64,000 nt of DNA from Bacteroidetes bacterium UBA2364 (lineage in GTDB: Bacteria; Bacteroidota; Rhodothermia; Rhodothermales; UBA2364). Position 1 is the stretch's first letter; each line of letters opens with the position of its first letter. A model generated the notes under the pieces. That model searched no databases and was not told the origin of the DNA. It was given only the letters and a program-made list of their open reading frames with translations. The position numbers and the translations under genes were made by a program. The stretch spans positions 24,053-88,052 of the forward strand of contig DDTM01000057.1 of the NCBI GenBank assembly GCA_002344075.1, given 5' to 3'. Below are positions 39,655-48,897 of the stretch, piece after piece.

Positions 39655-39759
39655 ACTGCTTTAAGGTCCGACTCTTGTGTGGAAAGGCGGTTTAGCGAGG
39701 TGAGTGGGCAAAAATGGGCGGCAGTTTGAAAGAACCACCGCCCGTTTTCGATAATTGGC

Positions 39760-42330
39760 TTATTTCAAGTTGGCTTTGAGTTCAAACGAGATCAAACGCC
39801 CAATGGCAGGCGAACCTACAAATTCTCGTTGTTCTACATTGAAGACATTGCTCATTGCGGCTCCCAATGAAAAGATTTTATTCAGGGCATAGCCCATGCT
39901 TACGTCCACCGTAGTAAAGCCGCCCAATGCGCCATGATCCCAGTTCTTGGCGTAGTTGGCCGTCACGCCGGAAGGTAGGGCAACGGAGACCACTCCACGC
40001 TTGCCTTCACCAGCCGCTGTACCAATTTGGTTGCCGGAATAGAAATCGTATTCCTGTACCCAACGAGCCGATATATTGGCAAAGAGGGGCTTTCCGGCAA
40101 TATTGGCCAAACTCAAGGTTCCTGCCACACGGTGGTTCGGCGCATTGAGGCTCTGCTCTTCTGCCGAGACCGCACCGTCACGGTTTGCATCGTTCTTGAG
40201 GTCCCCGTCTGTAATGTCGGAGTCGAACCAAGAGTATTTTACGCCCAACGTGGCGCTCTTGTTGAGGTAGTAGTTTACCCCCAAGTCCACACCCCAAGCA
40301 TCCACCTGACCATAGTTGAAGTAGGTGAGGAATTGGGCGCCTGAAAGAATACCCGCTGCATTAACTGTTCCCGGAAGCGCAGTGTTTTTAATTTCAATAT
40401 CTCCCATTGAAAGCGGGCGGCCCAAAATGCCGATAGAAGGACTGAGGAAGTCCTTGGTTTTGCCATAATATCCGGCCACATCCACAAATACTTTTTTGTT
40501 GAACGTCCCTTTATACCCCACTTCATATGTCCCGATTTGCTCTGGACGTAATGGATCGGTGGTTTTAATGGCAGATGCATCGTTCACATTGGCGCCATTC
40601 GGGATGTAACGAATGCCTTTTCCGTTGCCATAAACGATATTGAAAATATAGGCATATTGGAATAAAATCAGCGGATTGGAGAAGGCGCGGCCATAACTTG
40701 CCCGAAACGCTCCATCACCCACGGTTTTTACGAGTGCAACTTTCGGTGCAAATTGGTTACCAAAGTTGCTGTGATTGTCTAAACGTCCGGCGGCCACCAA
40801 TTTCAAACCCGCAGGCAAGGTTTTTTCCAGTTGTAAGGCGGCTCCTATTTGTGTGACGCTGATGAGCGTGCCTTCTTGTCCAGGAACGGTACTGTCTGCA
40901 ATCGAGGTTCCAAAGGTATTGGGTTGGTCTTTTTGGTAATTGGCTGAGGCGACAACGCTTAGGCCCAGTGCTTCAAACGAGTTGTTGTATTGTAGTTCGG
41001 CATTTAGGCGTCCCGACTTTTCCTTGAACTGGTTGCCTAAGCGGAGACCAAAAGCATCGGCGGCTTCCGAAGACAAACGGCCAACTGCAGGAAAGAAAGG
41101 GCTGGTAGAATCTGTGATAGTACTATTAATGCGGTTCGTATAGTCGCGGGTATAAGGAGTAATGCCATACGTGGTTCCGACATCCGTCCATGTGTAATAA
41201 ACTTGACCAAAAAGGTTCGATGAAACATATCGAGCCTGGGCATATGAGAATTTCCAGTCTCTAATTTGGTTGCGACCCACATTGTTCACACTCAGAAAAT
41301 CGTTTACGCTACCACCATAAGACAAAATAAAGTCGTTTCCGACTTTTGGGGTAAAGTATAAATGGCCTTCGCCGCGAATGTGCTGAAAGGTGTGGTCCAC
41401 ATTGCGTTCCGGAACCGAACGGGCACGACCATAAAAGGTGCCTCCTACATAAACACTATCCCTGAAATCAAAATCTTCCCCCTTGGTAAATTCCCCCGTT
41501 ACTTTAAAAGCAAACTTATTGCCCAATATCTGTGCATGGCGTAAGCGTGCCGAAAGTACACTTTGATTTCCACCCGAAAGTGCAACGGTGGTGCCGGGAT
41601 GGCGACGGGGGTCTTTGGTAATGGTATTTGCTACACCATTGTGGGCATTCGGGCCATAAAGCGCCGAGTTCGGGCCAAGCACTACTTCTAAGCGCTCAAT
41701 GTCTTCTTTAATCACCGTATTCATGATTCCAGAAGGCAAACCACTCCCACCAGCCATCATGGAGTTACGGCCATCGGTCATGGCCATCACTTTGGCATTA
41801 AATGCATTATTGAAGCCCCGCGCATTGAAGCCCACGCCTGTCACTCCCGTCCGAACGAACTCCACTCCCTGAATCTTAGAGGCCAGTTCTCCGACATTAA
41901 ATGAGGCAATTTGATCCAAATCTTTGGCCGTAATCACACTAATGGAAGCTGGGGCCTCGGTCAGTTTTTCGGGGCGACGCGAAGCCGTAACCACTACTTC
42001 GTCTCCGGAAAGTGTCACCGGATTCAGGGAAACATCTAAGGTTTGGTCTTTTCCTACGGTCAATAATACGGCCCGGGTCTCGACGGCATATCCCACAAAC
42101 GAGTATCGAATACTAAACGTGCCCGATTTGCCCACACGGAGCGAATAAGCCCCTGTAGTGCTGGTAACGGTTCCTATAGAAGAGCCAACAACGGCTACCG
42201 TAACGCCGGGAAGTGGTGTATTGGAGCCACTATCTCGGACGATACCGCTCACCGTTTGTGCAGACACCATTGGCGCTATTAGGCAAAGCAATGCCACGCC
42301 GCAGGCCCATAACGTGCGGAAAGGTTTCAT
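39760..42330 (-). CDS. TonB-dependent receptor with N-terminal CarboxypepD_reg-like domain
   Basis: 856 aa with a signal peptide. Contains 'VSGIVRDSGSNTPLPGVTVAVVGS', a plug ('DEVVVTASRRPEKLTEAPASISVI', 'ERLEVVLGPNSALYGPNA') and a long beta-barrel region. Confidence 0.9.
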   Translation of the reverse strand: MKPFRTLWACGVALLCLIAPMVSAQTVSGIVRDSGSNTPLPGVTVAVVGSSIGTVTSTTGAYSLRVGKSGTFSIRYSFVGYAVETRAVLLTVGKDQTLDVSLNPVTLSGDEVVVTASRRPEKLTEAPASISVITAKDLDQIASFNVGELASKIQGVEFVRTGVTGVGFNARGFNNAFNAKVMAMTDGRNSMMAGGSGLPSGIMNTVIKEDIERLEVVLGPNSALYGPNAHNGVANTITKDPRRHPGTTVALSGGNQSVLSARLRHAQILGNKFAFKVTGEFTKGEDFDFRDSVYVGGTFYGRARSVPERNVDHTFQHIRGEGHLYFTPKVGNDFILSYGGSVNDFLSVNNVGRNQIRDWKFSYAQARYVSSNLFGQVYYTWTDVGTTYGITPYTRDYTNRINSTITDSTSPFFPAVGRLSSEAADAFGLRLGNQFKEKSGRLNAELQYNNSFEALGLSVVASANYQKDQPNTFGTSIADSTVPGQEGTLISVTQIGAALQLEKTLPAGLKLVAAGRLDNHSNFGNQFAPKVALVKTVGDGAFRASYGRAFSNPLILFQYAYIFNIVYGNGKGIRYIPNGANVNDASAIKTTDPLRPEQIGTYEVGYKGTFNKKVFVDVAGYYGKTKDFLSPSIGILGRPLSMGDIEIKNTALPGTVNAAGILSGAQFLTYFNYGQVDAWGVDLGVNYYLNKSATLGVKYSWFDSDITDGDLKNDANRDGAVSAEEQSLNAPNHRVAGTLSLANIAGKPLFANISARWVQEYDFYSGNQIGTAAGEGKRGVVSVALPSGVTANYAKNWDHGALGGFTTVDVSMGYALNKIFSLGAAMSNVFNVEQREFVGSPAIGRLISFELKANLK

Positions 42331-42368
42331 TTTTTGTTTGGGTTTGGATGATTAGGTCAGTAAGATGA

Positions 42369-42872
42369 TCAAGAATGCTCCTCTTCGTAACGATTGGAAA
42401 GTGTTTTTTGGGATTTCCATTCCTCCGAGAAGTTGCGGTAAAAAGTTTCCATAAGCGTGTAAAAAGCACGCATGTGTTCCAAATTCCGGGTCAGATGTCC
42501 GTTTCCGGGTGCATCCGGCGATACCTCGTTCAAAAATTGTTCGGCAATGCGGCGATTGCGCCGGACCGTTTGCATATTGAACATGAAGTTGTTGAAGAAT
42601 AAGTCGGGGTGGGTGGTATAATAATCCCGACGATTTTCTGGGCCTGTCACCTTCCGCAAAATACCCATCGTAGAAAGTTCGCGAACCGCCGTGGAAATGG
42701 GGCCTTTAGAGCGCCCCAGTGCATCCACAATGTCATCCAGACTCATCGGCTCTGCCTGGCCCAGTAGAAGGCCCACAATCAGTCCTTTAATCCGTTGAAA
42801 ACCGTAATTTTCATAGATATTGCCAAATTCTACAACCAATTCGTGTTGCAGGGGCGAAAGTTCAAGCGACAT
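42369..42872 (-). CDS. GbsR/MarR-family winged-helix transcriptional regulator
   Basis: 'GFQRIKGLIVGLLLGQAEPMSLDDIVDALGRSKGPISTAVRELSTMGILRKV...NRRDYY' matches the GbsR-type pattern. The start is set at MSLELSP (internal Met of the 190-aa ORF). Confidence 0.75.
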   Translation of the reverse strand: MSLELSPLQHELVVEFGNIYENYGFQRIKGLIVGLLLGQAEPMSLDDIVDALGRSKGPISTAVRELSTMGILRKVTGPENRRDYYTTHPDLFFNNFMFNMQTVRRNRRIAEQFLNEVSPDAPGNGHLTRNLEHMRAFYTLMETFYRNFSEEWKSQKTLSNRYEEEHS

Positions 42873-43114
42873 TTTTAAATTTTGTTGTGTTTGATAATTT
42901 TCAAACGATTGAAATATAAGAAAGCGCTTTCTATTACGCAAGCACTTTCAAGTTAAAACACAAAATATTTGTCTGTCAGCACTAAAACCAATCAGATACA
43001 TGAAGTGGTCACTAATTCTGGGATATCTGGCCCTTGCCGCCAATATTCTATTCCTGTATTTTGCCTGTTGTTTTTCTGTGTCAAGCATGTATAACCACAA
43101 CAACCCCTTTTCCC

Positions 43115-44041
43115 ATGCGCCGAACAAAGTTCATTTTCCTTGTTTTACCGGAAGTCCATCTATTGGATCTTGCGGGACCAGATCAGGTCTTGAGCGAAGC
43201 CATAGATTTTGGAGCCAACTTCGAGATCGTGTATTGTGGCATCGAGCACGAAATCCAGACTTCAGCGGGTTTGGGTCTTCATCGGCTGATGCACTTCTCA
43301 GAGGTGGCCTATACTGCAGGAGACTACATCATTATTCCCGGATCGAGGGTCAAGTACATTATGTCTGATGCATTCCGAAAACAAGAAGAACTATTTCATT
43401 GGATTGCAAGGGCCTACCAGAACGAGGCCCATTTGGTTAGTATCTGTGTTGGGACATTTGTGATGGCGGAAACGGGGATTTTAAACCAACGGGCCTGTAC
43501 CACCCACTTTCAGTTAATCCATCAACTCAAAAAAGATTTTCCCCAACTCAAGATCATCGAAAATGTATTGTTCATTTCGGAAGGCCGTATCCACACCAGT
43601 GCCGGAATTGCCTCTGGAATAGACCTCATGTTGTATTTATTAGAAGGACTTACGGATAGTTATTTTGCTCATAAGGTCGCCAAAGAGCTGGTAGTATATA
43701 ATCGGAGAAAAGGAGCAGACCATCAGGTAAACCCTTACTTTTATTACCGAAACCACGTGCATTATGGAATACATTCTGTACAAGACCACATTATCGAAAA
43801 GATAGATCAAAAACACGACCTCGCTTCGCTGGCAGAAGTGGCTTGCATGAGCGAACGAAATCTAACACGTACTTTCAAACAAGAAACAGGTCTTACAGTC
43901 AACCAATTCATCACCCAAGTCCGTGTCCAAAAACTACGGGAATTCTCTCGAATGCCCGACCTTTCCAAGTCTCAACTTGCGTCCAAAGTAGGTCTTAGCA
44001 GCGAAAAACAGGTAGAACGGCTTCTTCGGCGGCTTGATTGA
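43115..44041 (+). CDS. GlxA-type regulator (DJ-1/PfpI domain plus AraC-family HTH)
   Basis: N-terminal 'FIFLVLPEVHLLDLAGP...SICVGTFVMAETGIL' is DJ-1/PfpI-like, and the C-terminal part has a double HTH ('LASLAEVACMSERNLTRTFKQETGLT'). The start is set at MRRTKF. Confidence 0.85.
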   Translation: MRRTKFIFLVLPEVHLLDLAGPDQVLSEAIDFGANFEIVYCGIEHEIQTSAGLGLHRLMHFSEVAYTAGDYIIIPGSRVKYIMSDAFRKQEELFHWIARAYQNEAHLVSICVGTFVMAETGILNQRACTTHFQLIHQLKKDFPQLKIIENVLFISEGRIHTSAGIASGIDLMLYLLEGLTDSYFAHKVAKELVVYNRRKGADHQVNPYFYYRNHVHYGIHSVQDHIIEKIDQKHDLASLAEVACMSERNLTRTFKQETGLTVNQFITQVRVQKLREFSRMPDLSKSQLASKVGLSSEKQVERLLRRLD

Positions 44042-44237
44042 AGATGGATTGGCCGGAAATGTCGTACCCTTGTCCGAATCCAATTTCCCAAAGACGCTAA
44101 TTTGTTTGGGAGCAGTTGGCCAATGTGGTGAAAAAGCTTGATATTAGGTATTTACAGGCGGGAGCTTACACCACTACGCTGCCGCATGTAATAACCCATA
44201 CCCACTTCATCCATTATTTTAGCTTTAGCGTGTAAAA

Positions 44238-46775
44238 ATGAATCAAAAAACAGCCTATATCTTCGTTATTTTTGGGATAATTCCTTTTACGGTTTTGGCC
44301 CAAGACGAACCAAACCATCTTGCTATAACATCCATTGACTTAGCCCATTATAAAATCCATATAGCCCTTGACTGGGAGAAAAAGCGCCTATTAGGAAAAG
44401 TGGAAATTACGTTGTCATTTACTTCATCGTCCAATTCTATTCAGTTGGCTGCTAACGAACTACTAATCCATGAAATTTACGCAGAAGACACGCATCCTTT
44501 TCGCTTCACCTTGGACAAAGAAAAGAATATTGTAGAAATTTATTTAAACAAAACATATCAAAAAGGAGACTCCTTAAAATTAAATATCCGATACGAAACC
44601 ACACAAGTAAACGAGCCGGATCCCAATAATCTTGGCGGTAGTTTTGGAAAGGGAGTCCGTTTTTTTTCGCCCACTACAACCAATCCTATCAAACGAAAAC
44701 AAGCTTGGTCTCAGAGCGAATGGCAAAACCACCCTTATTGGTTGCCCGGAAACCTTGTTCTTTCCGACTTGGTGACAACCGAATTGATTGCTACGGTGGC
44801 AACACCTTTGACGGTCATTTCTAATGGCGTACTCGTAGGGCAAACAGAAAATTCTGATCAAACCCGCACATTTCATTACAAGACAAATCGCCCACATGCG
44901 CTTTATTTAACCTCATTTGTGGTGGGCGAATACGAACGGCTGGTACAAAATTACCAAGGAATGCCCTTATACACCTATTGTTACCCCGATGAAAAAGAAG
45001 CAGCCATTGCCACAACTGTCCGCCTACCAGAAATGATGCAATTTCTGACGGAAAAAACCGGTTTTCAATATCCATTTTCGCATTATACACAAGTGATGGT
45101 GCAAAATTACCCTTTTCCCAGTCTAACAGGGCAACAGGCCATGAGCATCATTTCAGACAATATGATTGATGACTACGGAACTCATGAAGATTTTCAATAT
45201 TTATGGGATGGCGTGGCGTTTAATGCACTGGCGAGTCAATGGTTTGGAAATATTATTACCCCAAAGAATGTTCGAGATATCTGGCTAACCAAGGCTTTTG
45301 CACAATATTTCGAAGGACTTTTTACAGCACATACCCACAGTGATGCAGAATATCAGTTGTGGTATAATCCTTGGGAGGCGAGCAATATTTGGAACGAAAT
45401 CAAAACTGATAGCGCACCGCCAATCGTGCCAAAAGAAGTGGAACAGGAAGAGGAATTTACTAAAAGTAGTGCTGTAAAATACAGAGGTGCATGGATACTC
45501 CGAATGCTACAAAGAGAACTAGGAGACAAAGTTTTTTCAAAAGCGATTCATGTCTTTATTCATGAAAATGCCTTTAAACCCGTTTCAACCGAAGATTTTT
45601 TGTCAGTTATTAAACGTGTTAGCACGAAAGATATAGAATGGTTTTTTAATCAATGGATATATCAAGTCAATTACCCTATTTTTAAAATTGAAAAAGAAGT
45701 TGATATAGATCGTCATAAAATAAAACTAATATTTAAACAAATTCAAAATTTTAACAATCCAATCTCTAATACATTTTTTTTTAGAGGAACATTGGATATC
45801 GAAGTAGATGGAGCAATAAAATCAGTTTGGATCAAGCCACAAGAAACTACTACTGTAACATATCGTTTCTCTAAAATGCCACGTTATATAAATATAGACC
45901 CCAATAATATTTGGCTTAAAGAAATACAATCTCCTCAAAACACAGAAGCACTATTAGCGCAACTAAAATACAGTCCTCTTACAGTTTCACGAAATGCAGC
46001 ATTCTTTGAATTGATGAATTTATATAAGGCCAACACTGTCAATAAAACCTTCCAGAAAAGTCTTTTAGATGCAGTGAATGAAATACTCCAGAGTAAAGTC
46101 TATTGGCGCTTTCGCTTTAATGTTTTGGGACAACTTCAAGCAGTCATAAATGCGCCTTTTGACCGAAAAACAACCAGCATATTAACCGATCTTATCGAGA
46201 AAGAAGGTTCGTGGGTGAAAGCCGCAGCCTTGTCCAATCTGGGCAATACACAGGATTCAACCTTTGCTCCACTTTACCTTTCAAGCCTGAACGACCTAAG
46301 TGACCGAGTAGTTAACGCGGCGGCTGTGGCATTGGGAAAAACCAAAGTCAGTTATTCTTTTTCAACTTTAACCCATTTAAAGACAAGACCTTCCTGGAAA
46401 AATCAAAGCCTGATGCATGTCCTAAACGGATTGGTTGCACTCGGAGATCCTAAAGCAGAATCGTTTGCATTGGAGGCTTTATCAGATCTCCATACACCAA
46501 GGTGGTTTTTGGGAAATGGTTGGGATTTTCCATTTGTGGCCGTACAAACCTTGGCTTCACTTGGCAAGACGGAAAAGGCATACGCCATACTTTCAGAAAG
46601 ACTGAACCAATCACTTCAAGAAGGATCAGTAGAGGATGTCTTTTATCAAGTTCTGCTCATTACAACTTTGGGAGATCCTAAAGCAAAAGAAATCTTTGGT
46701 CCGCTTAAAACCCGATACCACAACAATACCAACACCTTATCGGCAATTGAATATTTTGAATCACAATTTAAATAA
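44238..46775 (+). CDS. M1 aminopeptidase-family homolog with all catalytic residues substituted (probable pseudoenzyme), with C-terminal helical repeats
   Basis: The M1 fold pattern is retained ('QWFGN' and 'WL..(A/G)FA.YFE'). However, HEXXH-X18-E reads 'NALAS-X18-K' and GAMEN reads 'QAMSI'. It has a signal peptide and a HEAT-like tail. Confidence 0.8.
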   Translation: MNQKTAYIFVIFGIIPFTVLAQDEPNHLAITSIDLAHYKIHIALDWEKKRLLGKVEITLSFTSSSNSIQLAANELLIHEIYAEDTHPFRFTLDKEKNIVEIYLNKTYQKGDSLKLNIRYETTQVNEPDPNNLGGSFGKGVRFFSPTTTNPIKRKQAWSQSEWQNHPYWLPGNLVLSDLVTTELIATVATPLTVISNGVLVGQTENSDQTRTFHYKTNRPHALYLTSFVVGEYERLVQNYQGMPLYTYCYPDEKEAAIATTVRLPEMMQFLTEKTGFQYPFSHYTQVMVQNYPFPSLTGQQAMSIISDNMIDDYGTHEDFQYLWDGVAFNALASQWFGNIITPKNVRDIWLTKAFAQYFEGLFTAHTHSDAEYQLWYNPWEASNIWNEIKTDSAPPIVPKEVEQEEEFTKSSAVKYRGAWILRMLQRELGDKVFSKAIHVFIHENAFKPVSTEDFLSVIKRVSTKDIEWFFNQWIYQVNYPIFKIEKEVDIDRHKIKLIFKQIQNFNNPISNTFFFRGTLDIEVDGAIKSVWIKPQETTTVTYRFSKMPRYINIDPNNIWLKEIQSPQNTEALLAQLKYSPLTVSRNAAFFELMNLYKANTVNKTFQKSLLDAVNEILQSKVYWRFRFNVLGQLQAVINAPFDRKTTSILTDLIEKEGSWVKAAALSNLGNTQDSTFAPLYLSSLNDLSDRVVNAAAVALGKTKVSYSFSTLTHLKTRPSWKNQSLMHVLNGLVALGDPKAESFALEALSDLHTPRWFLGNGWDFPFVAVQTLASLGKTEKAYAILSERLNQSLQEGSVEDVFYQVLLITTLGDPKAKEIFGPLKTRYHNNTNTLSAIEYFESQFK

Positions 46776-46785
46776 ATATATAAAT

Positions 46786-47259
46786 ATGATTGTTAAAACA
46801 CCTTATAAACATAGAATAATCCGATTTATTGAACTTATATACTTCGATGAATGGACGATAAAATGTTACACCATTACTCAATCAGAGGATCATATTGCTC
46901 CAAAAATTGTCATGGCCATTAAAAATCAACTTTCAGCCTGGATTCAACATTCAGAACGAACAAACCTTACACACTACAATACAGCAACACTGATTATTCA
47001 CCAAGGGAAAGAAGGTTACTATGCTATTATAGCATGGTGGATAGATGAAAATATGTTACAATTGTTTGCTTATTTTTCTCCAGATCCTGTGGTTAGAACT
47101 TTTCAAATGATCTCTGATAAAGGGATTGTGTCATGTGTTTGGGAAATGGCCATTCTGTGGTTTGAACGAAATGCTTGGGTGGAAGAAGTGATGTTACAGA
47201 ATAATAATCCATATGCAAAAATAAATTACTTAAACCGTCAATTAAATACAACTTTATGA
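46786..47259 (+). CDS. hypothetical protein
   Basis: 157 aa from the Met at MIVKTPYK; the longer ORF would overlap the upstream gene. Its stop overlaps the GNAT start (ATGA). No motif recognised. Confidence 0.5.
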   Translation: MIVKTPYKHRIIRFIELIYFDEWTIKCYTITQSEDHIAPKIVMAIKNQLSAWIQHSERTNLTHYNTATLIIHQGKEGYYAIIAWWIDENMLQLFAYFSPDPVVRTFQMISDKGIVSCVWEMAILWFERNAWVEEVMLQNNNPYAKINYLNRQLNTTL

Positions 47260-47714
47260 GTTATTTCATCCGAGAATCAACCCTTAACGATGTAGATTCT
47301 GTTAGTCAACTTTTTGACTTATACCGTGTTTTCTATAAAAAAGAAAGCGACATAGAGGCTGTAAAGTGTTTTATAACAGAACGTATGGAGCAAGGTGATT
47401 CTGAGATCTACCTTGCAGAAACTTCTAAAGGGCAAATAGTGGGTTTTACGCAATTATATCCACTTTTTTCTTCTACCCGTATGAGACGCCTTTGGCTTTT
47501 GAATGATTTATATGTAGAAAAATCATTCAGGGGACAAGGAATTTCAAAAGCACTCATTGAATCGGCAAAACAGCTCGCTTATAGAACGAACTCCTGTGGC
47601 CTTTTATTGGAAACAGGCATTACGAACACGGTTGGTAATCAACTCTACCCTTCGACAGGGTTTGAAATACAAAGTAATTCTAATTTTTATTTTTGGACCA
47701 ATAACCGCACTTAA
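47256..47714 (+). CDS. GNAT-family N-acetyltransferase
   Basis: 152 aa. 'LWLLNDLYVEKSFRGQGISKALIESA' is the acetyl-CoA-binding motif A (R/Q-x-x-G-x-G/A). Confidence 0.85.
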   Translation: MSYFIRESTLNDVDSVSQLFDLYRVFYKKESDIEAVKCFITERMEQGDSEIYLAETSKGQIVGFTQLYPLFSSTRMRRLWLLNDLYVEKSFRGQGISKALIESAKQLAYRTNSCGLLLETGITNTVGNQLYPSTGFEIQSNSNFYFWTNNRT

Positions 47715-47715
47715 C

Positions 47716-48270
47716 ATGACAAGATCACAACTGAATCCCATGCCTGCTTATTTTGATCGGTACATTTATATGACCGATGATGTGACGGTGGAGCAAGCCT
47801 TGCAAACCAGCCTTAATGAACTCGAACAAGCACCATTGAACACTTGGCAGATGGTGGGGTCGGCTATTTATGAACCTGGAAAGTGGACCATAAATGATAT
47901 ATTACAACACATTATTGACACCGAACGGGTGTTTTGTTATCGTGCGTTGTCGTTCGCACGCGGCGAAAAAGACGTCCGGCCATACGATGAACACCACTAC
48001 GGCAAAATGGCCAAGGCCACCCAAAGAACTCTTGAACACCTACTCGAAGAGGCTATTGCCGTTCGCAAAGCCACGCTTAGATTATTCCGGAGTTTTGATG
48101 AAGAAATGCGAAAACGTATTGGAGAAGGATTTAAAGGCCCTTATTCAGTTCATTCCATCGGTTTTATTTTGGCAGGACACCAAAGATGGCACTTTAGGAT
48201 CATTCAGGAACGGTATCTGCCGCTGGTTTTAGAAGGCATAAACAGCGTAAAAACACATTGTAGAGGCTAG
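47716..48270 (+). CDS. DinB-family protein
   Basis: Start at MTRSQLNP. 'WTINDILQHIIDTERVF' and 'LAGHQRWH' fit the DinB_2 His pattern. Confidence 0.7.
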   Translation: MTRSQLNPMPAYFDRYIYMTDDVTVEQALQTSLNELEQAPLNTWQMVGSAIYEPGKWTINDILQHIIDTERVFCYRALSFARGEKDVRPYDEHHYGKMAKATQRTLEHLLEEAIAVRKATLRLFRSFDEEMRKRIGEGFKGPYSVHSIGFILAGHQRWHFRIIQERYLPLVLEGINSVKTHCRG

Positions 48271-48534
48271 TAATACACGTAAATATGTCTTGTAAAACTT
48301 ACTGGGAGGATAATCACGCCACCAATATGGCCTTTGGAATGCACCAGATGGGCCTTGCAGGGTGACAGAAAAAATGCCTAAAAGCTCCTCATAGGGGTAG
48401 AACAAATGAATGGGTGCATTTTAAAAATGCCAATCAGACATACTACACGCCTTAAGATTAGGTGACATCTTTGCCTATCGTTGAGTAATCTGTGACATGC
48501 AGCAGATGGACCTTATAAAGAAGCGGAAATACAT

Positions 48535-48554
48535 AAAAAAAGCCCCGCAGGGGC
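48535..48554 (-). terminator. intrinsic terminator (minus strand) inside a 627-bp non-coding region
   Basis: The minus strand reads GCCCC-TGC-GGGGC followed by TTTTTTT. There is no U-tail on the plus strand. Confidence 0.55.
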
Positions 48555-48897
48555 GATATCACAATAGAAGACAAAGCACAACCACCTTATTGAATGACAT
48601 CATATGCGAACCCGTAGGAATAGAAAAAGGTATGCACGGAGTATTTGGGAAATTTTAAAATGCACCACAAATGAATCGCCTTGGATAAGGAAAAACACTA
48701 TCACTCCCCTGGAGCTAAATAAGCCGTAAATAGCATTATTTTATTATTATTCTACTCCTATGAAACTGTGTTTTCACACAGAATCGAGTATATTTTAAAG
48801 CCACTTCTAAATACTATGTACACAGATTAAATGGTATGTAGAATCATACCCGCTCTACACCTTGGTAAGTTTCGACATGCACCCATGAAAAAAGTCT

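Noticed and set aside
39760-42330. TonB-dependent receptor as the missing SusC of the glucan locus
   Set aside because: It is on the opposite strand, 5 kb away beyond a terminator, and is not followed by a SusD-like gene. It is embedded in a different co-directional cluster.
43000-43368. 122-aa ORF and the N-terminal extension of the GlxA-type regulator ORF
   Set aside because: The 122-aa ORF is in a different frame and overlaps the regulator. The regulator's DJ-1-like domain begins right after the Met at 43115, so the upstream codons are probably untranslated.
48271-48897. Possible CRISPR array, tRNA, tmRNA or RNase P RNA in the large non-coding region
   Set aside because: The repeats are short, imperfect and irregularly spaced, so this is not a CRISPR array. 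I saw no T-loop GGTTCGAATCC-like element or acceptor/CCA end. The RNase P 'GAGGAAAGTCC' core is absent on either strand.
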